Of a DNA stretch of 64,000 nucleotides, positions 10,723-21,200 are shown one piece after another (positions within the stretch are counted from its first letter, which is position 1; every line of letters starts with the position of its first letter). The translations under genes and the position numbers were made by a program. This DNA is from an uncultured delta proteobacterium (GTDB lineage: Bacteria > Desulfobacterota > WTBG01): the NCBI GenBank assembly GCA_963793865.1, contig CAWCBP010000009.1, positions 13,424-77,423 on the forward strand. The letters run 5' to 3'. Below the pieces are notes generated by a model. The model had not been told where the DNA came from and did not search any database. It worked only from the letters and a program-made list of their open reading frames with translations.

Positions 10723-12444
10723 ATGTTACGAGAGCTGCGCATCAGCAATTTAGCCATCATTGATAACCTGAACATCACCTTTGCGGAAGGGCTGAATATT
10801 CTTTCCGGTGAAACGGGGGCGGGGAAATCCATCATTGTGGGGGCGCTGGGCCTGCTGCTGGGAGGCAGGGCCTCGGCAGACATGATCAGGTCGGCCGCGG
10901 ATGAGGCCGTCGTTGAAGCCCTCTTCGAGGGAGGAGGGGATGACACCCTGAGACAGACGCTGGAAGGGTGGGGCATCCCCGCAGACGACCAGCTGGTGGT
11001 CAGGCGGCTCATTTCCCGCACGGGAAAGAGCAGGGCCTATATCAACGGCGGCATGGCAACCCTCCAGATGCTGAACGGGCTGGGAGCGGAGCTGATCACC
11101 ATCTCCGGGCAGCACGAGCACCAGACGCTGCTGCAGGTGGACAGGCACGTTGACATGCTGGATGAGTTCGGCAATCTCCTTGCGCTGCGCGATTCCGTGG
11201 CGGAGGGCTACCGGCGCCTGGTGAAAATTCGCCGGCGGTCAAGGGAGCTGGAAGCGCTTGAAGGCGACAAGCAGCACCGCGCCGAGCTGCTGCGGTTTCA
11301 AATCCGGGAAATCGATGAGGCGGCCGTAAAGCAGGGGGAGGAAGAGGACCTTCGGGAAGAAAAAAAGATCCTCACCCACGCACAGAAACTGATCGACCTT
11401 GCCGGAGCCGCCTACACCGGCATCTATGCCGGCCAGGATGCCATCCTGGAGGGCCTGCGGGAAGGGCTGGCCCGGCTTAAGGAAATTGCCGCCATCGACG
11501 CATCAATGGCGCCGCAGTTTGCCGCGCTCGAGACCGCGTTTTACCAGATTGAGGAGGTGGCCCGCTCCCTGGAGGAATATCTGCAGCGGATGCACTTTGA
11601 CGCCGGCCGCCTTGAGGCCCTTGAAAACAGGCTCAGCGAGATACACGGGCTCAAAAAGAAGTACGGCGGTTCGGCTGAGGAGATGTTTCAGTATCGTGAC
11701 CGGGCTCAGCGGGAGCTTGAACACATGGAGTCAAGCGAGGCTGAACTGGCCGCGCTGAAAAAGGAACAGCAGGAGCTCGGGGAGAAGGTGCTTGAGAGAG
11801 CGCGATCGCTTTCCGATAAGCGGTCGGCGGGCGCGGCGCGGCTGAGCGACAGGGTGGCCGGTGAGCTCGCCGGCCTGGGGATGAAGAAGGCCCTGTTCAG
11901 CGCCGAGGTGCGGCACGCGCGCGGCTCAGCGCGCAATGAATCGGCTGAGGTGATACCCCTGGGGGACTGCGGACTTACCGAGAAGGGGCTGGATGAGGTG
12001 GAATTCTTCTTCGGCCCCAACCCCGGGGAGGGTTTAAAGCCGCTTGCCAAAATTGCATCCGGCGGAGAGCTCTCGCGCCTGGTGCTTGCCATGAAAAAGG
12101 TGGTGACGGGGGGCAGGGCGGCCGCGACGCTCATCTTCGATGAAGTGGACAGCGGCATAGGAGGTGCGGTGGCTGAAGTGGTGGGAAGAAAGCTGAAGGA
12201 GATTGCCGGGCGGCAGCAGACCATCTGCATTACCCATCTTGCCCAGATTGCCTCGTTTGCCGACCGTCACCATTCCATTTCCAAAAAGACGCAGCAGGGG
12301 CGGACCGTCACCCTGGTGAAAAACCTCGATTCGCTGAAGGACCGGGAGGATGAAGTTGCCAGAATGCTGGGCGGCACCACCATTACGCCGAAGACCAGGG
12401 AGCATGCCCGCGAGATGCTCAAGGCTGCCCGGGGCAGGGCATGA
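10723..12444 (+). CDS. recN: DNA repair protein RecN
   Basis: SGETGAGKS Walker A, coiled coil, ASGGELSR, IFDEVDSG and CITHLAQIA motifs. Confidence 0.97.
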   Translation: MLRELRISNLAIIDNLNITFAEGLNILSGETGAGKSIIVGALGLLLGGRASADMIRSAADEAVVEALFEGGGDDTLRQTLEGWGIPADDQLVVRRLISRTGKSRAYINGGMATLQMLNGLGAELITISGQHEHQTLLQVDRHVDMLDEFGNLLALRDSVAEGYRRLVKIRRRSRELEALEGDKQHRAELLRFQIREIDEAAVKQGEEEDLREEKKILTHAQKLIDLAGAAYTGIYAGQDAILEGLREGLARLKEIAAIDASMAPQFAALETAFYQIEEVARSLEEYLQRMHFDAGRLEALENRLSEIHGLKKKYGGSAEEMFQYRDRAQRELEHMESSEAELAALKKEQQELGEKVLERARSLSDKRSAGAARLSDRVAGELAGLGMKKALFSAEVRHARGSARNESAEVIPLGDCGLTEKGLDEVEFFFGPNPGEGLKPLAKIASGGELSRLVLAMKKVVTGGRAAATLIFDEVDSGIGGAVAEVVGRKLKEIAGRQQTICITHLAQIASFADRHHSISKKTQQGRTVTLVKNLDSLKDREDEVARMLGGTTITPKTREHAREMLKAARGRA

Positions 12445-12908
12445 AGAACGCCATGATCAGAAATGCCAGAATTGAGGATGTCAAAATCATACAGCAGATG
12501 CTCAACACCTTTGCCGAGCAGGGGGCGGTTCTGCCGCGTTCTCTCAGCGAAATATACGATCACCTCAGGGATTACAGCGTGTATTGCCACGGTGATGAGG
12601 GAACCATCATCGGCACCTGCGCCATTCATGTGTGCTGGGATGACCTTGCCGAGATACGCTCGCTCGCGGTCGGCAACGGGTTTGCCGGGCGGGGTATCGG
12701 GCGGGCCCTGGTGGAGCACTGCATTGTCCAGGCAAAGGAACTCGGCATCAAACGGGTGTTTGCCCTGACCTACTCAACCGGCTTTTTTGAAAAGGTCGGT
12801 TTTTACGCCATCGACAAGGCGGGCCTGCCGCACAAAATCTGGGCGGATTGCCTGAAGTGCGCCAAGTTTCCCGACTGCGATGAAGTGGCCATGGTCAGGG
12901 AAATCTAG
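12441..12908 (+). CDS. GNAT N-acetyltransferase (short ArgA-like N-acetylglutamate synthase)
   Basis: LAEIRSLAV, GRGIGRALV and LPHKIWADCLKCAKFPDCDE motifs; ATGA overlap with recN. Confidence 0.8.
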   Translation: MKNAMIRNARIEDVKIIQQMLNTFAEQGAVLPRSLSEIYDHLRDYSVYCHGDEGTIIGTCAIHVCWDDLAEIRSLAVGNGFAGRGIGRALVEHCIVQAKELGIKRVFALTYSTGFFEKVGFYAIDKAGLPHKIWADCLKCAKFPDCDEVAMVREI

Positions 12909-13163
12909 CAGGCTGTTGAAAAATATTTTCCCCGGACTTGTCCAAAACCGAGATTGCCGCGCTTCGCTCGCAATGACAAAATCAAACAATGACGCACCAA
13001 TAGGGTCATTGCGAGGAGCATAAGCGACGAAGCAATCTCATGTAAAAAGTTTAATAAAATTAAAGGACAATTATCTTGTTTTGGAAATACTGATTTTCCC
13101 CAGGATGTTCAAAAGCCCCTCCCCTTGAGCCACGAATCGGATGGATGTTTTTCAACAGCCTGC
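12908..13163. mobile_element. MITE-like non-autonomous element carrying a REP pair
   Basis: Perfect 16-bp terminal inverted repeats GCAGGCTGTTGAAAAA (12908-12923) and TTTTTCAACAGCCTGC (13148-13163). Internal inverted REP-like units at 12950-12977 and 13005-13039. No transposase. Confidence 0.75.
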
Positions 13164-13174
13164 CGGGCGCCCGT

Positions 13175-14557
13175 TTACTTCCCTATACAGAAGCGGCTGA
13201 AGATCGCGTCGAGCACCTCATCGGAGGACGAAGTGCCGGTAATTTCTCCGAGGTGCTGCGCGGCGAAGTGAAGGTCCGCCGCGACAAACTCCGGTGGGAT
13301 CCTGTTCTGCAGCCCCCGCTCGGCATGCTCAAGGGCCTCCAGGGCTTTCTCCAGCGCGCGGGCATGGCGCAGCGTGGTGATGACCGTGTGTGCGGGGAGG
13401 CTGCTGCCGTTTGCAAGCAGCGTTGAGGCAATGGCTTCTTTAAGCTCTTCCATCCCCGTCCCGCGCAGGGCGGAGACCGCAACCATCCGGCTTTCCGGGA
13501 AGCGGCCCCTGATCGTTTCCAGGGCGGCCGTTCCGGGAAGATCAGCCTTGTTGCACGCCACAACCACCTTTTTATCCCGGAGGCGGTTGAACAGCTCTTG
13601 GTCCCGTTCGTCCAGACCGGCGCTCCCGTCGATTACCAGCAGGGTGAGATCGGCCTGATCAAGCATCCGGCCGGTTATGCGCACCCCCGCCTCCTCGATG
13701 ATATCTGTCGCATCCCGCAAGCCCGCGGTGTCCACCAGCTTCAGGGGCATTCCCCTGATCACCAGCGATTCCTCGATGCAGTCCCGGGTCGTTCCCGGGA
13801 GTGAGGTCACAATGGCCCGCTCCTCGTTCAGCAGGCGGTTGAAAAGGGTTGATTTGCCCACGTTGGGCTTGCCGGCAATGACCGTGCACGCCCCTTCCCG
13901 AACAAGCCTGCCCCGGTCATAGGTATGCATGAGGTCGGCAAGCCGCGCGATGATGTGACCGGTTTGCGCCCGCAGCTCCTCAGGGGAGGGCGGATCGAGG
14001 TCGTCCTCGGGGAACTCAATTGATGCCTCCAGCGCGGAGAGAACCATCAGCAGCTCGTCGCGCAGCCGGTTGAGTTCCAGGGAGAGACTTCCCTTCAGCT
14101 GTTCCGCAGCCTGGCGCGCGCCCGCGGCGCTTCGGGCCTCAATGAGATCGATGACCGCCTCTGCCTGGGCTAAATCAATGCGGCCGTTGAGGAAGGCGCG
14201 CCGGGTAAATTCACCGGGTTCCGCCGGCCGCGCTCCGGCGGAGATTGCCAGGCACAGAACCTGCTCAAGCACCACCTGGCCGCCGTGGCAGTTTATCTCC
14301 ACCACATCCTCCCTCGTGTAGCTGTGCGGATGCGCCATGAAGGAAACCAGGACCTCATCAAGGGTTTGCCTGGTTTGGGGATGGACAATCTCTCCGTAAT
14401 AGATGCGGTGGCTTTCGAGAGGGAGGGAGGCATGGCGGGGATGGAATATGCGCTCGGCGATTTCAACCGACCGGGGCCCGCTCATTTTGATGATGCCGAT
14501 GCCTCCCCTGCCGGGGGGGGTGGCAATGGCGGCTATGGTGTCATCCCTGCTTTCCAT
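13175..14557 (-). CDS. mnmE: tRNA modification GTPase MnmE
   Basis: DTIAAIATP, GKPNVGKS, GTTRD, DTAG and NKAD motifs; C-terminal FCIGK. Confidence 0.98.
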   Translation of the reverse strand: MESRDDTIAAIATPPGRGGIGIIKMSGPRSVEIAERIFHPRHASLPLESHRIYYGEIVHPQTRQTLDEVLVSFMAHPHSYTREDVVEINCHGGQVVLEQVLCLAISAGARPAEPGEFTRRAFLNGRIDLAQAEAVIDLIEARSAAGARQAAEQLKGSLSLELNRLRDELLMVLSALEASIEFPEDDLDPPSPEELRAQTGHIIARLADLMHTYDRGRLVREGACTVIAGKPNVGKSTLFNRLLNEERAIVTSLPGTTRDCIEESLVIRGMPLKLVDTAGLRDATDIIEEAGVRITGRMLDQADLTLLVIDGSAGLDERDQELFNRLRDKKVVVACNKADLPGTAALETIRGRFPESRMVAVSALRGTGMEELKEAIASTLLANGSSLPAHTVITTLRHARALEKALEALEHAERGLQNRIPPEFVAADLHFAAQHLGEITGTSSSDEVLDAIFSRFCIGK

Positions 14558-14571
14558 ACGCTCAGGCCGGT

Positions 14572-15216
14572 TTAGACGGAATCAGGTTTTTTGGGCGATA
14601 TGACCACGCTGCGGTAGATGCCTTCCCCTTTGCTGTGCGTGGTCAATTCGGCATCGTCCTGCAGCGCCAGGTGAATGATGCGGCGCTCGAAGGGGTTGAG
14701 GGGGCTGGTGCTGACCGGAATGTCCTTGGACTTGGCCCGTTCCCCCAGCCGCTGTGCCAGTTCGACAAGCGTCTCCTTTCTTCTCCTGCGGTACCCCTCG
14801 GTATCGATGATGATCTGTTTTGTGGCGTCGGGAGAGCGGCGGGCGATTTTGTTAACCAGGTATTGCAGCGCATCGAGCGTTTGCCCTTTGCGCCCGATGA
14901 GGATGCCGCTGCCGTCGCTCTTGATTTCGAGGTTGATGCACTCGCTGTCTTCAGTGACCTCAACCGCAGTGCTCACCCCGAAGCGGTAGAGGATGTTTTC
15001 CAGCACCTCTTTGGCCAGCGGAGCACATTCCTGCGGCTGCGGCTCCCTGATGGATGCCTTTATCTTCACCTTGCCGCCGCCGATGATACCGAACAGCTTG
15101 TTTGAGTTTTCAGAGATCACCTCGACGTCCAGCTCGTCCCGGGACCTGCCCAGCTGCTCGCTGGCCTTGGTGAGTGCCTCTTCCATGGTTTTGGCTTCGA
15201 TCTCTACTGTTGACAT
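14572..15216 (-). CDS. jag: Jag/EloR (KhpB) RNA-binding protein
   Basis: Jag_N domain, KH (LIGRKGQTLDALQ) and R3H (ERRIIH) motifs; lies between yidC and mnmE. Confidence 0.93.
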   Translation of the reverse strand: MSTVEIEAKTMEEALTKASEQLGRSRDELDVEVISENSNKLFGIIGGGKVKIKASIREPQPQECAPLAKEVLENILYRFGVSTAVEVTEDSECINLEIKSDGSGILIGRKGQTLDALQYLVNKIARRSPDATKQIIIDTEGYRRRRKETLVELAQRLGERAKSKDIPVSTSPLNPFERRIIHLALQDDAELTTHSKGEGIYRSVVISPKKPDSV

Positions 15217-15235
15217 GGTATGTAACCTCCCACTG

Positions 15236-16957
15236 CTATGCGGCGTGCTTGTTGATGTAGTATTGCTGGGCGATGGACAAAACGTTGGTCACCAGCCAGT
15301 AGATGACCAGCCCCGAAGGAAAGCTTAAGAACATAAAGGTGAACATGACCGGCATGATGAGCATGATCTTTGCCTGGGCCGGGTCCCCGACGGTGGGGGT
15401 CATCTTCTGCTGGATGAACATTGACGCGCCCATCAGGAGGGGAGAGATCAGGGTGGGATCCTTCGAGGAGAGGTCATTTATCCAGTATGATATAAAGGGT
15501 GCGTGGCGGAGCTCAATGGAATTGAGCAGAACCCGGTAGAGCGCAAAAAAGACCGGTATCTGTATGAGGATGGGCAAACACCCCCCCAGCGGATTGACCT
15601 TGTTCGACCGGTAGAACTCGAGCGTTCTGCGGTTCAACTCCTCCTTGTTGTCCTTGTACTTTTCTTTGAGCTCGGCCAGCTTGGGCTGAATCTTCTGCAT
15701 TTCTTTCATGGATTTCTGGCTTTTGTGGGTCAGCGGCCAGAAGATGATTTTGATGCCGACGGAAAGAAAGATGATGGCCAGTCCGTAGTTGGGGATAAAC
15801 CGGTAAAACAGCTTCAAAATGTAAAGCATGGGCTTGGCAACGGGGTCCAGCCAGCCGAAGCTCAGTATTTTACCCAGCCCGCCCGGCCCCTTCTCAAGGT
15901 GGTTAAAATCCTTGGGACCCAGATATGCTGTGGATGAAAACGTCCTGCTGTCGTCGGGCGGAATGGAAGCGGGAGGATACACCAGCCGGAACGACACTTC
16001 ATCGTTCAGCGGCTTGAAGAGCTTGAGCTTCAGGTCCTGCGCGTCCCGCGGAATGAATGTTTCAATGAAATACTTTTCCTCAAAACCCGCCCACTTTATG
16101 TCCCCGGAGAACAGCTTGTCTTCCTTTATGTCTCCGACCGCCTTTCTGTTTAAGGTGTCCGATATGAGGTATAAAAAGCTGTCGACGTCCCCCCCGCCCG
16201 CGCCAAAGAGCCCCCCGCCGGAACTGCCTGATCCGGGCTTTATCTCCAGGGGCCAGATGAAGGCGGGGCTTATTTCTATGGGCTGGGAGGTTTTGTTTTC
16301 TACGGTAAAATTGCAGTCGATGTAATAGCTCTCGTTAAAAAAGGTGAACTGCTTGATAAAAGTAATTCCCTCGGGGGACGTCCAGGAAAAGCTGATTTCC
16401 CCCTGCGGGCTGCCGTCGGCAAGCGAGAGCGATTCTGCGCTGGAGGTAAACGGAGCGCGCGCAAGTCGGGCGCTTTCGATTCCGTCAAGGGCGGTTTGAA
16501 AGGGGTGGCTCGCCGTGCCGCGATAGCTCACCAGATCTTTACTCTCGGGCACGTGATTGATCAGGGTCGTGTCATAAAAACGGCTGAAAGGAAACAAAGA
16601 GCAGATTTCAGGCAGAACGGCGTGGTCCGTATAACGATGAAGCCCGAATGATTTTAAGCACGCACCCTGTGAAGAAAAACGGGCTGTGTACAGTTTTGTC
16701 GCAATGACGATCTCCGGCTCAGGAGGCAGTTCGGGGATGTCCCTGTCTGAAAGCGAGGGCAGGAGCGGTGCGTCCTGGCGATCCTGCGGAAGCTGCTCCT
16801 CCCCCGCATTCGTTGCCGGCCGGACGGGTTCCTCCTGACCGGGTTCCCGGGAAGGAAGCTTGCCTGTCTTCACCGGCTCGGGAGTAGGAAATAAAAATTG
16901 CCAGAGCAGAAGGATGGCCAAAGAAAGGGTAATAGCAATGAGAGCTCTTTTTTCCAT
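15236..16957 (-). CDS. yidC: Membrane protein insertase YidC
   Basis: NYGLAII, NPLGGCLP, LRHAPF..WI.DLS..DP and GLVIYW motifs. Confidence 0.97.
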   Translation of the reverse strand: MEKRALIAITLSLAILLLWQFLFPTPEPVKTGKLPSREPGQEEPVRPATNAGEEQLPQDRQDAPLLPSLSDRDIPELPPEPEIVIATKLYTARFSSQGACLKSFGLHRYTDHAVLPEICSLFPFSRFYDTTLINHVPESKDLVSYRGTASHPFQTALDGIESARLARAPFTSSAESLSLADGSPQGEISFSWTSPEGITFIKQFTFFNESYYIDCNFTVENKTSQPIEISPAFIWPLEIKPGSGSSGGGLFGAGGGDVDSFLYLISDTLNRKAVGDIKEDKLFSGDIKWAGFEEKYFIETFIPRDAQDLKLKLFKPLNDEVSFRLVYPPASIPPDDSRTFSSTAYLGPKDFNHLEKGPGGLGKILSFGWLDPVAKPMLYILKLFYRFIPNYGLAIIFLSVGIKIIFWPLTHKSQKSMKEMQKIQPKLAELKEKYKDNKEELNRRTLEFYRSNKVNPLGGCLPILIQIPVFFALYRVLLNSIELRHAPFISYWINDLSSKDPTLISPLLMGASMFIQQKMTPTVGDPAQAKIMLIMPVMFTFMFLSFPSGLVIYWLVTNVLSIAQQYYINKHAA

Positions 16958-16969
16958 GTGATAAAGGCC

Positions 16970-17188
16970 TTAGATTTTGGGAACAGGATCATTACCCCCG
17001 GGATGAAAAGGGTGGCATTTAAGAATCCTGACCACGGTTAGCGCCAACCCCCTAAAAAACCCATGGGTTTCGAAGGCTTGCACGGCATAGGAGGAGCACG
17101 AAGGGTTAAATCGACAAGCAGAACCGGTAAGGGGTGAGAGGCATAACTTGTACAACTTTATCAGGCTGATGACCAGTCTTGTGATCAT
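16970..17188 (-). CDS. yidD: Membrane protein insertion efficiency factor YidD
   Basis: CRFNPSCSSY and RILKCHPFHPGG.DPVP motifs. Confidence 0.95.
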   Translation of the reverse strand: MITRLVISLIKLYKLCLSPLTGSACRFNPSCSSYAVQAFETHGFFRGLALTVVRILKCHPFHPGGNDPVPKI

Positions 17189-17209
17189 TGAAACGGGCTA
17201 TGCACCATT

Positions 17210-17560
17210 CTATGTCCGGGGCCGGCACGCCACAAGAAAGCCTTTTAATTCATCGCGAAGGCCCGTAAAATCAAGCTTATCTGCCCCCGGCTTTGCAATG
17301 AACAGAATATCAGAGGAGGGAGGAAGCTGCACTTTGTTCAGCCTGAAAAACTCTCTCAGCAGCCGCTTGATACGGTTTCTCTTTGCTGCTGAACCTGTTT
17401 TCCTGCTGGCGGTAATCCCCAGGCGCCGCTGCCGGAGGTCGTTGGGACAGATAAGCACCGTGAAATGTTCAGTGCCTGAACCCGAACCCTTTCTGAGAGC
17501 ACGTTTAAATTCAAAAGCTTTGAGCAGCTTTTCCTCTTTGCCGAGACCGAACGTTTTCAT
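17210..17560 (-). CDS. rnpA: Ribonuclease P protein component
   Basis: RLGITASRK and AAKRNRIKRLLRE (RNR motif); start assumed at ATG 17560. Confidence 0.93.
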   Translation of the reverse strand: MKTFGLGKEEKLLKAFEFKRALRKGSGSGTEHFTVLICPNDLRQRRLGITASRKTGSAAKRNRIKRLLREFFRLNKVQLPPSSDILFIAKPGADKLDFTGLRDELKGFLVACRPRT

Positions 17561-17621
17561 GAGGCGCAGCAGGATAATGAGAGCGGCAGCAAGGAATGGA
17601 GAGAAAATCAAGCGAGAAAAG

Positions 17622-17756
17622 CTAGACGGCCAACCGCTTTCTTCCTTTTGCCCTCCTTCTATTGAGGACCTTTCTTCCGGCCTTGGTGCTCATCCTGGTT
17701 AGAAAACCGAAAGTCCTTTTTCTTTTTGTGTTGCTCGGTTGATAAGTCCGCTTCAA
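17622..17756 (-). CDS. rpmH: 50S ribosomal protein L34
   Basis: Hand translation from [47 protein letters not shown] (44 aa, below the ORF track cutoff). Confidence 0.97.
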   Translation of the reverse strand: MKRTYQPSNTKRKRTFGFLTRMSTKAGRKVLNRRRAKGRKRLAV

Positions 17757-18038
17757 GATGTACCCCTTTATCAATGATTAACAAAGTGGGAGAATTATTC
17801 ATAAAATGAGCGATTTGTCAAGCTCAAAACATGTGCGTGAAATAAAAGGTAGATAGATTCTCTGGGTGAGTAGCCCTCAAGGCGCGCATGAAACTCCACC
17901 TTCCTAAAATCTATCTACCTTGCTCTTTTTATATACATTAAAACATGAAGACGGCTGAAAGTCAAGTGCTGTTTAATGCTTTAAACCATGAAAACCTGCC
18001 GGGTTAGGCTGGCCGGACTGAATTATGGCTGATTAAAC

Positions 18039-18115
18039 TGGCGCCCCCGACACGATTCGAACGTGCGACCTCTGGATTAGGAATCCATTGCTCTATCCTA
18101 CTGAGCTACGGGGGC
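18039..18115 (-). tRNA. tRNA-Arg(CCT)
   Basis: Reverse complement GCCCCCGTAGCTCAGTAGGATAGAGCAATGGATTCCTAATCCAGAGGTCGCACGTTCGAATCGTGTCGGGGGCGCCA folds as a cloverleaf with anticodon CCT, a TTCGAAT T-loop and an encoded CCA. Confidence 0.97.
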
Positions 18116-18183
18116 AGCATTTGTGGGATGACAGGTTAAATGTAGATTGTTTTGAGTGTGGTTGTCAAGAATATTCATTTAAC

Positions 18184-18220
18184 AAAGAGGGCTGATAGCG
18201 TGTGCTATCAGCCCTTCTTT
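18184..18220 (-). terminator. Intrinsic terminator downstream of the Cys-rich protein gene
   Basis: 12-bp stem AGGGCTGATAGC-GTGT-GCTATCAGCCCT with short T/A runs on both sides. Confidence 0.65.
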
Positions 18221-18253
18221 GGCGTTGCTTACGGCTGCTGTTCGGGCGCAGCT

Positions 18254-21200
18254 CTACTTGTTGCCGCGGCGAACCTTGATCTTCTTATCTTTCTTCTCCT
18301 TCTTCGCAAGGATTTTCAGACAGTCTTCGGCGGCATATGCCGTACTGCCTTTATCTTCCTTGAGACTGAAGGTTATGGTGAGCGGGATTGTTTGACCGGC
18401 CACCTCTTCAAGCAGCAGTCCGCTGATGACCTCCGCTTTTTTGAATTTAAGCGTCAGGTCCTTGTAGCCGTCGCCGTAGAGGCTGTTGCAGTCGCAGAGC
18501 TCACCCTCGAAAGGCGTGGCAACATCCGCGTAGTTATAGCGAATGGGGGCCACTCCTCCGGCAATACCCTCCCTGCTGAGCATGATGGTGGCTGGATCGA
18601 TATCCTTCACGTCAAAGTCTTTTGACCCGAGGATAGCGACCGGCAGCACCCCGTTGCTCTTCAGGTTAAGCGGATTCGGACAGGAACCGGGTTTGATATC
18701 CATCGTAATGGTTATCTCCTTCGGATCGCAGGAATCCTTTTCCTCATTGCACACAGTTCCTGCTGCGCAGGGATCACCGGTTGATATACAGCCGTTAACC
18801 GCGTCACAGAACTCGGTGCCGTTGCAGAATTTGCCGTCATCCGGGCAATATTCGTCGTCAGCCGTGTTCACGCAGCTGTCCGTGTCCTCGTTGCAGGAAT
18901 CCACGGTACAGTCCACACCGTCGTTGCAGTCAACCGGGATTCCGTCCTGGCATACTCCGGTTACCGGCGGGTTGGTTCCGGTTGCCTTTGCATAGGCATT
19001 ACAGGTTTCAATGCCGTTGCAGAAGATGCCGTCATCGCAGTCTTTGTTAGCGGTGCAACCTTCCGGCAATGAGTCGCAGGTGTCATTTTTCTCATTGCAA
19101 ACAGTAGCGCCTGGAGTACAGGGATTGCCGCTGCTTACGCACGAATCATCGGCCTCATTGCAGGACTCGGTGCCGTTGCAGAACAGGCCATCGTCCGCAC
19201 AGCTTACCTCTGTTCCGCCCTGGCAGCCCTTCACCGGATCGCAGACTTCATTGCCATTACAGAAATTCCCATCATCACAGGCCGCATTGTCGGGCGCGTG
19301 GTCACAGGTGTCGGTTGCTTCGTTGCAGGAATCCATGGTGCAGTCCAGACCGTCATTGCAGTCAATCGGGATTCCGTCCTGGCAGACTCCGACGACAGGC
19401 GGCGTCGTTCCTCCGCTTGCCTTTGCATAGGCATTACAGGTTTCAACGCCGTTGCAGAAAATGCCGTCATCGCACTCTGCATCGGATTTACAGCCTTCAG
19501 GCAATGGGTCACAGGTGTCAGTCTTCTCATTGCAGACTGTCGTGTCCGGATTGCAGGGATTGCCGCTGCTTGCGCAGGAATCCTTGGCCTCATTGCAGGA
19601 CTCGGTGCCGTTGCAGAACAGACCATCGTCCGCACAGCTTACTGCTGTTCCGTCCTGGCAGCCCTTAACCGGATCGCAGATTTCATTCCCATTACAGAAA
19701 TCCCCGTCGTCACAGACTGCATTGTCGGGGGCATGGTCGCACTTGTCCATCGCTTCGTTGCAGGAGTCGATGGTGCAGTCCAGACCGTCATTGCAGTCAA
19801 CCGGTGTGCCGGCCTTGCATACTCCGGGGACAGGTGGTGGAGGAGTTCCGGTTGATTTTGCATAATAAACACTACAGGTTTCAATGCCGTTGCAGAAGAT
19901 GCCGTCATCGCATTCCGCGTCAGAGGTACACCCTTCCACCGGCACTTCATCGCAGACATTAGTTTCTTCATTGCAGGTCGTGCCTGGAGCACAGGGGTTG
20001 CCGCTACTTACACAAGAATCAGCGGCATCACTGCAGGACTCGGTGCCGTTGCAGAACATGCCGTCGTCCGGGCATTCAACCGGTGTTCCGGGCTGACAGC
20101 CGGTCACCGTGCAGAGTTCGTTTCCGTTGCAGAAATTCCCATCGTCACAGACGGCGTTATTAGGAGCGTGGTCACAGCTGTCCGTAGCTTCATTGCATGA
20201 ATCAGTGGTACAGGCTACCTCGTCATTGCAATCAACAGGAATTCCATTCTGGCAGGAGCCTTCAACGCAGGTTTCCGCGCCGTCGCAGTATAATCCGTTG
20301 TCGCACTCCGCGTCACCTTCACACCCCGGGGCTTGATCGCAGACGTTTGTCTCCTCGTTACAAACCGTACCCGGCGTTGTACAGGGGTTGCCGCTGCTTA
20401 TGCACGCATCGCTTGCCTCGTCGCAGGACTCGGTACCGTTGCAGAAACTCCCGTCATCCGGGCAGCTTACTGCCGTGCCGGCTACACAGCCGCTCGCCGT
20501 GCAGACTTCATTTCCATTGCAGAACAGTCCATCGTCACAGGCTGCATTGTTGGTGGTGTTGTCACACATGTCCATAGATTCATCGCATGAATCGGTGGTG
20601 CAGGCTACCCCGTCATTGCAGTCAACCGTCGTTCCGGCCTGGCACTGCCCGGTCCCGGTGTTGCAGGTTTCAATGCCGTTGCAATAGAGCCCGTCATCAC
20701 ATTCTGGATCAGTGGCGCACCCTACAACAGCACAGCTGTCCGTGTCCTCATTGCAAACCTGAGGCGGAGTGCAGGGATCGCCGCTGCTCGCGCAGGAATC
20801 GGTAGCCTCATCGCATGACTCTGTGCCGTTGCAGAAAAAGCCATCGTCTGGGCAGCTTACCGCCGTGCCGGTACACAACCGCTTGCCGGATTACAAACTT
20901 CGGCACCATTACAGTATAGCCCATCGGTACAGACTGCGTTGTTGGGGATGTAGTCACAGCTGTCCGTAGCTTCATTACAGGAATCGGTGGTGCAGGCTAT
21001 CGCGTCATTGCAGACAATCGCTGTGCCGGGCTGGCACTGACCGGTTCCGATATTACAGGTCTCTGCGCCATTGCAATAAATGCCGTCATCACATTGGACA
21101 TTACCGGTACAGCCGGCTGCTGCTATTGTGACGGAGAGTGCATTGGTGCCCATCGTGGCGTCGTACACTATACCACTCGTGCATCCTACCGTCGTATCAA

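Noticed and set aside
17757..18038. oriC upstream of rpmH
   Set aside because: No DnaA-box cluster is visible and dnaA is not adjacent.
18039..18115. tRNA-Arg as an integration site for an island
   Set aside because: I found no integrase and no duplicated tRNA 3' end in the window.
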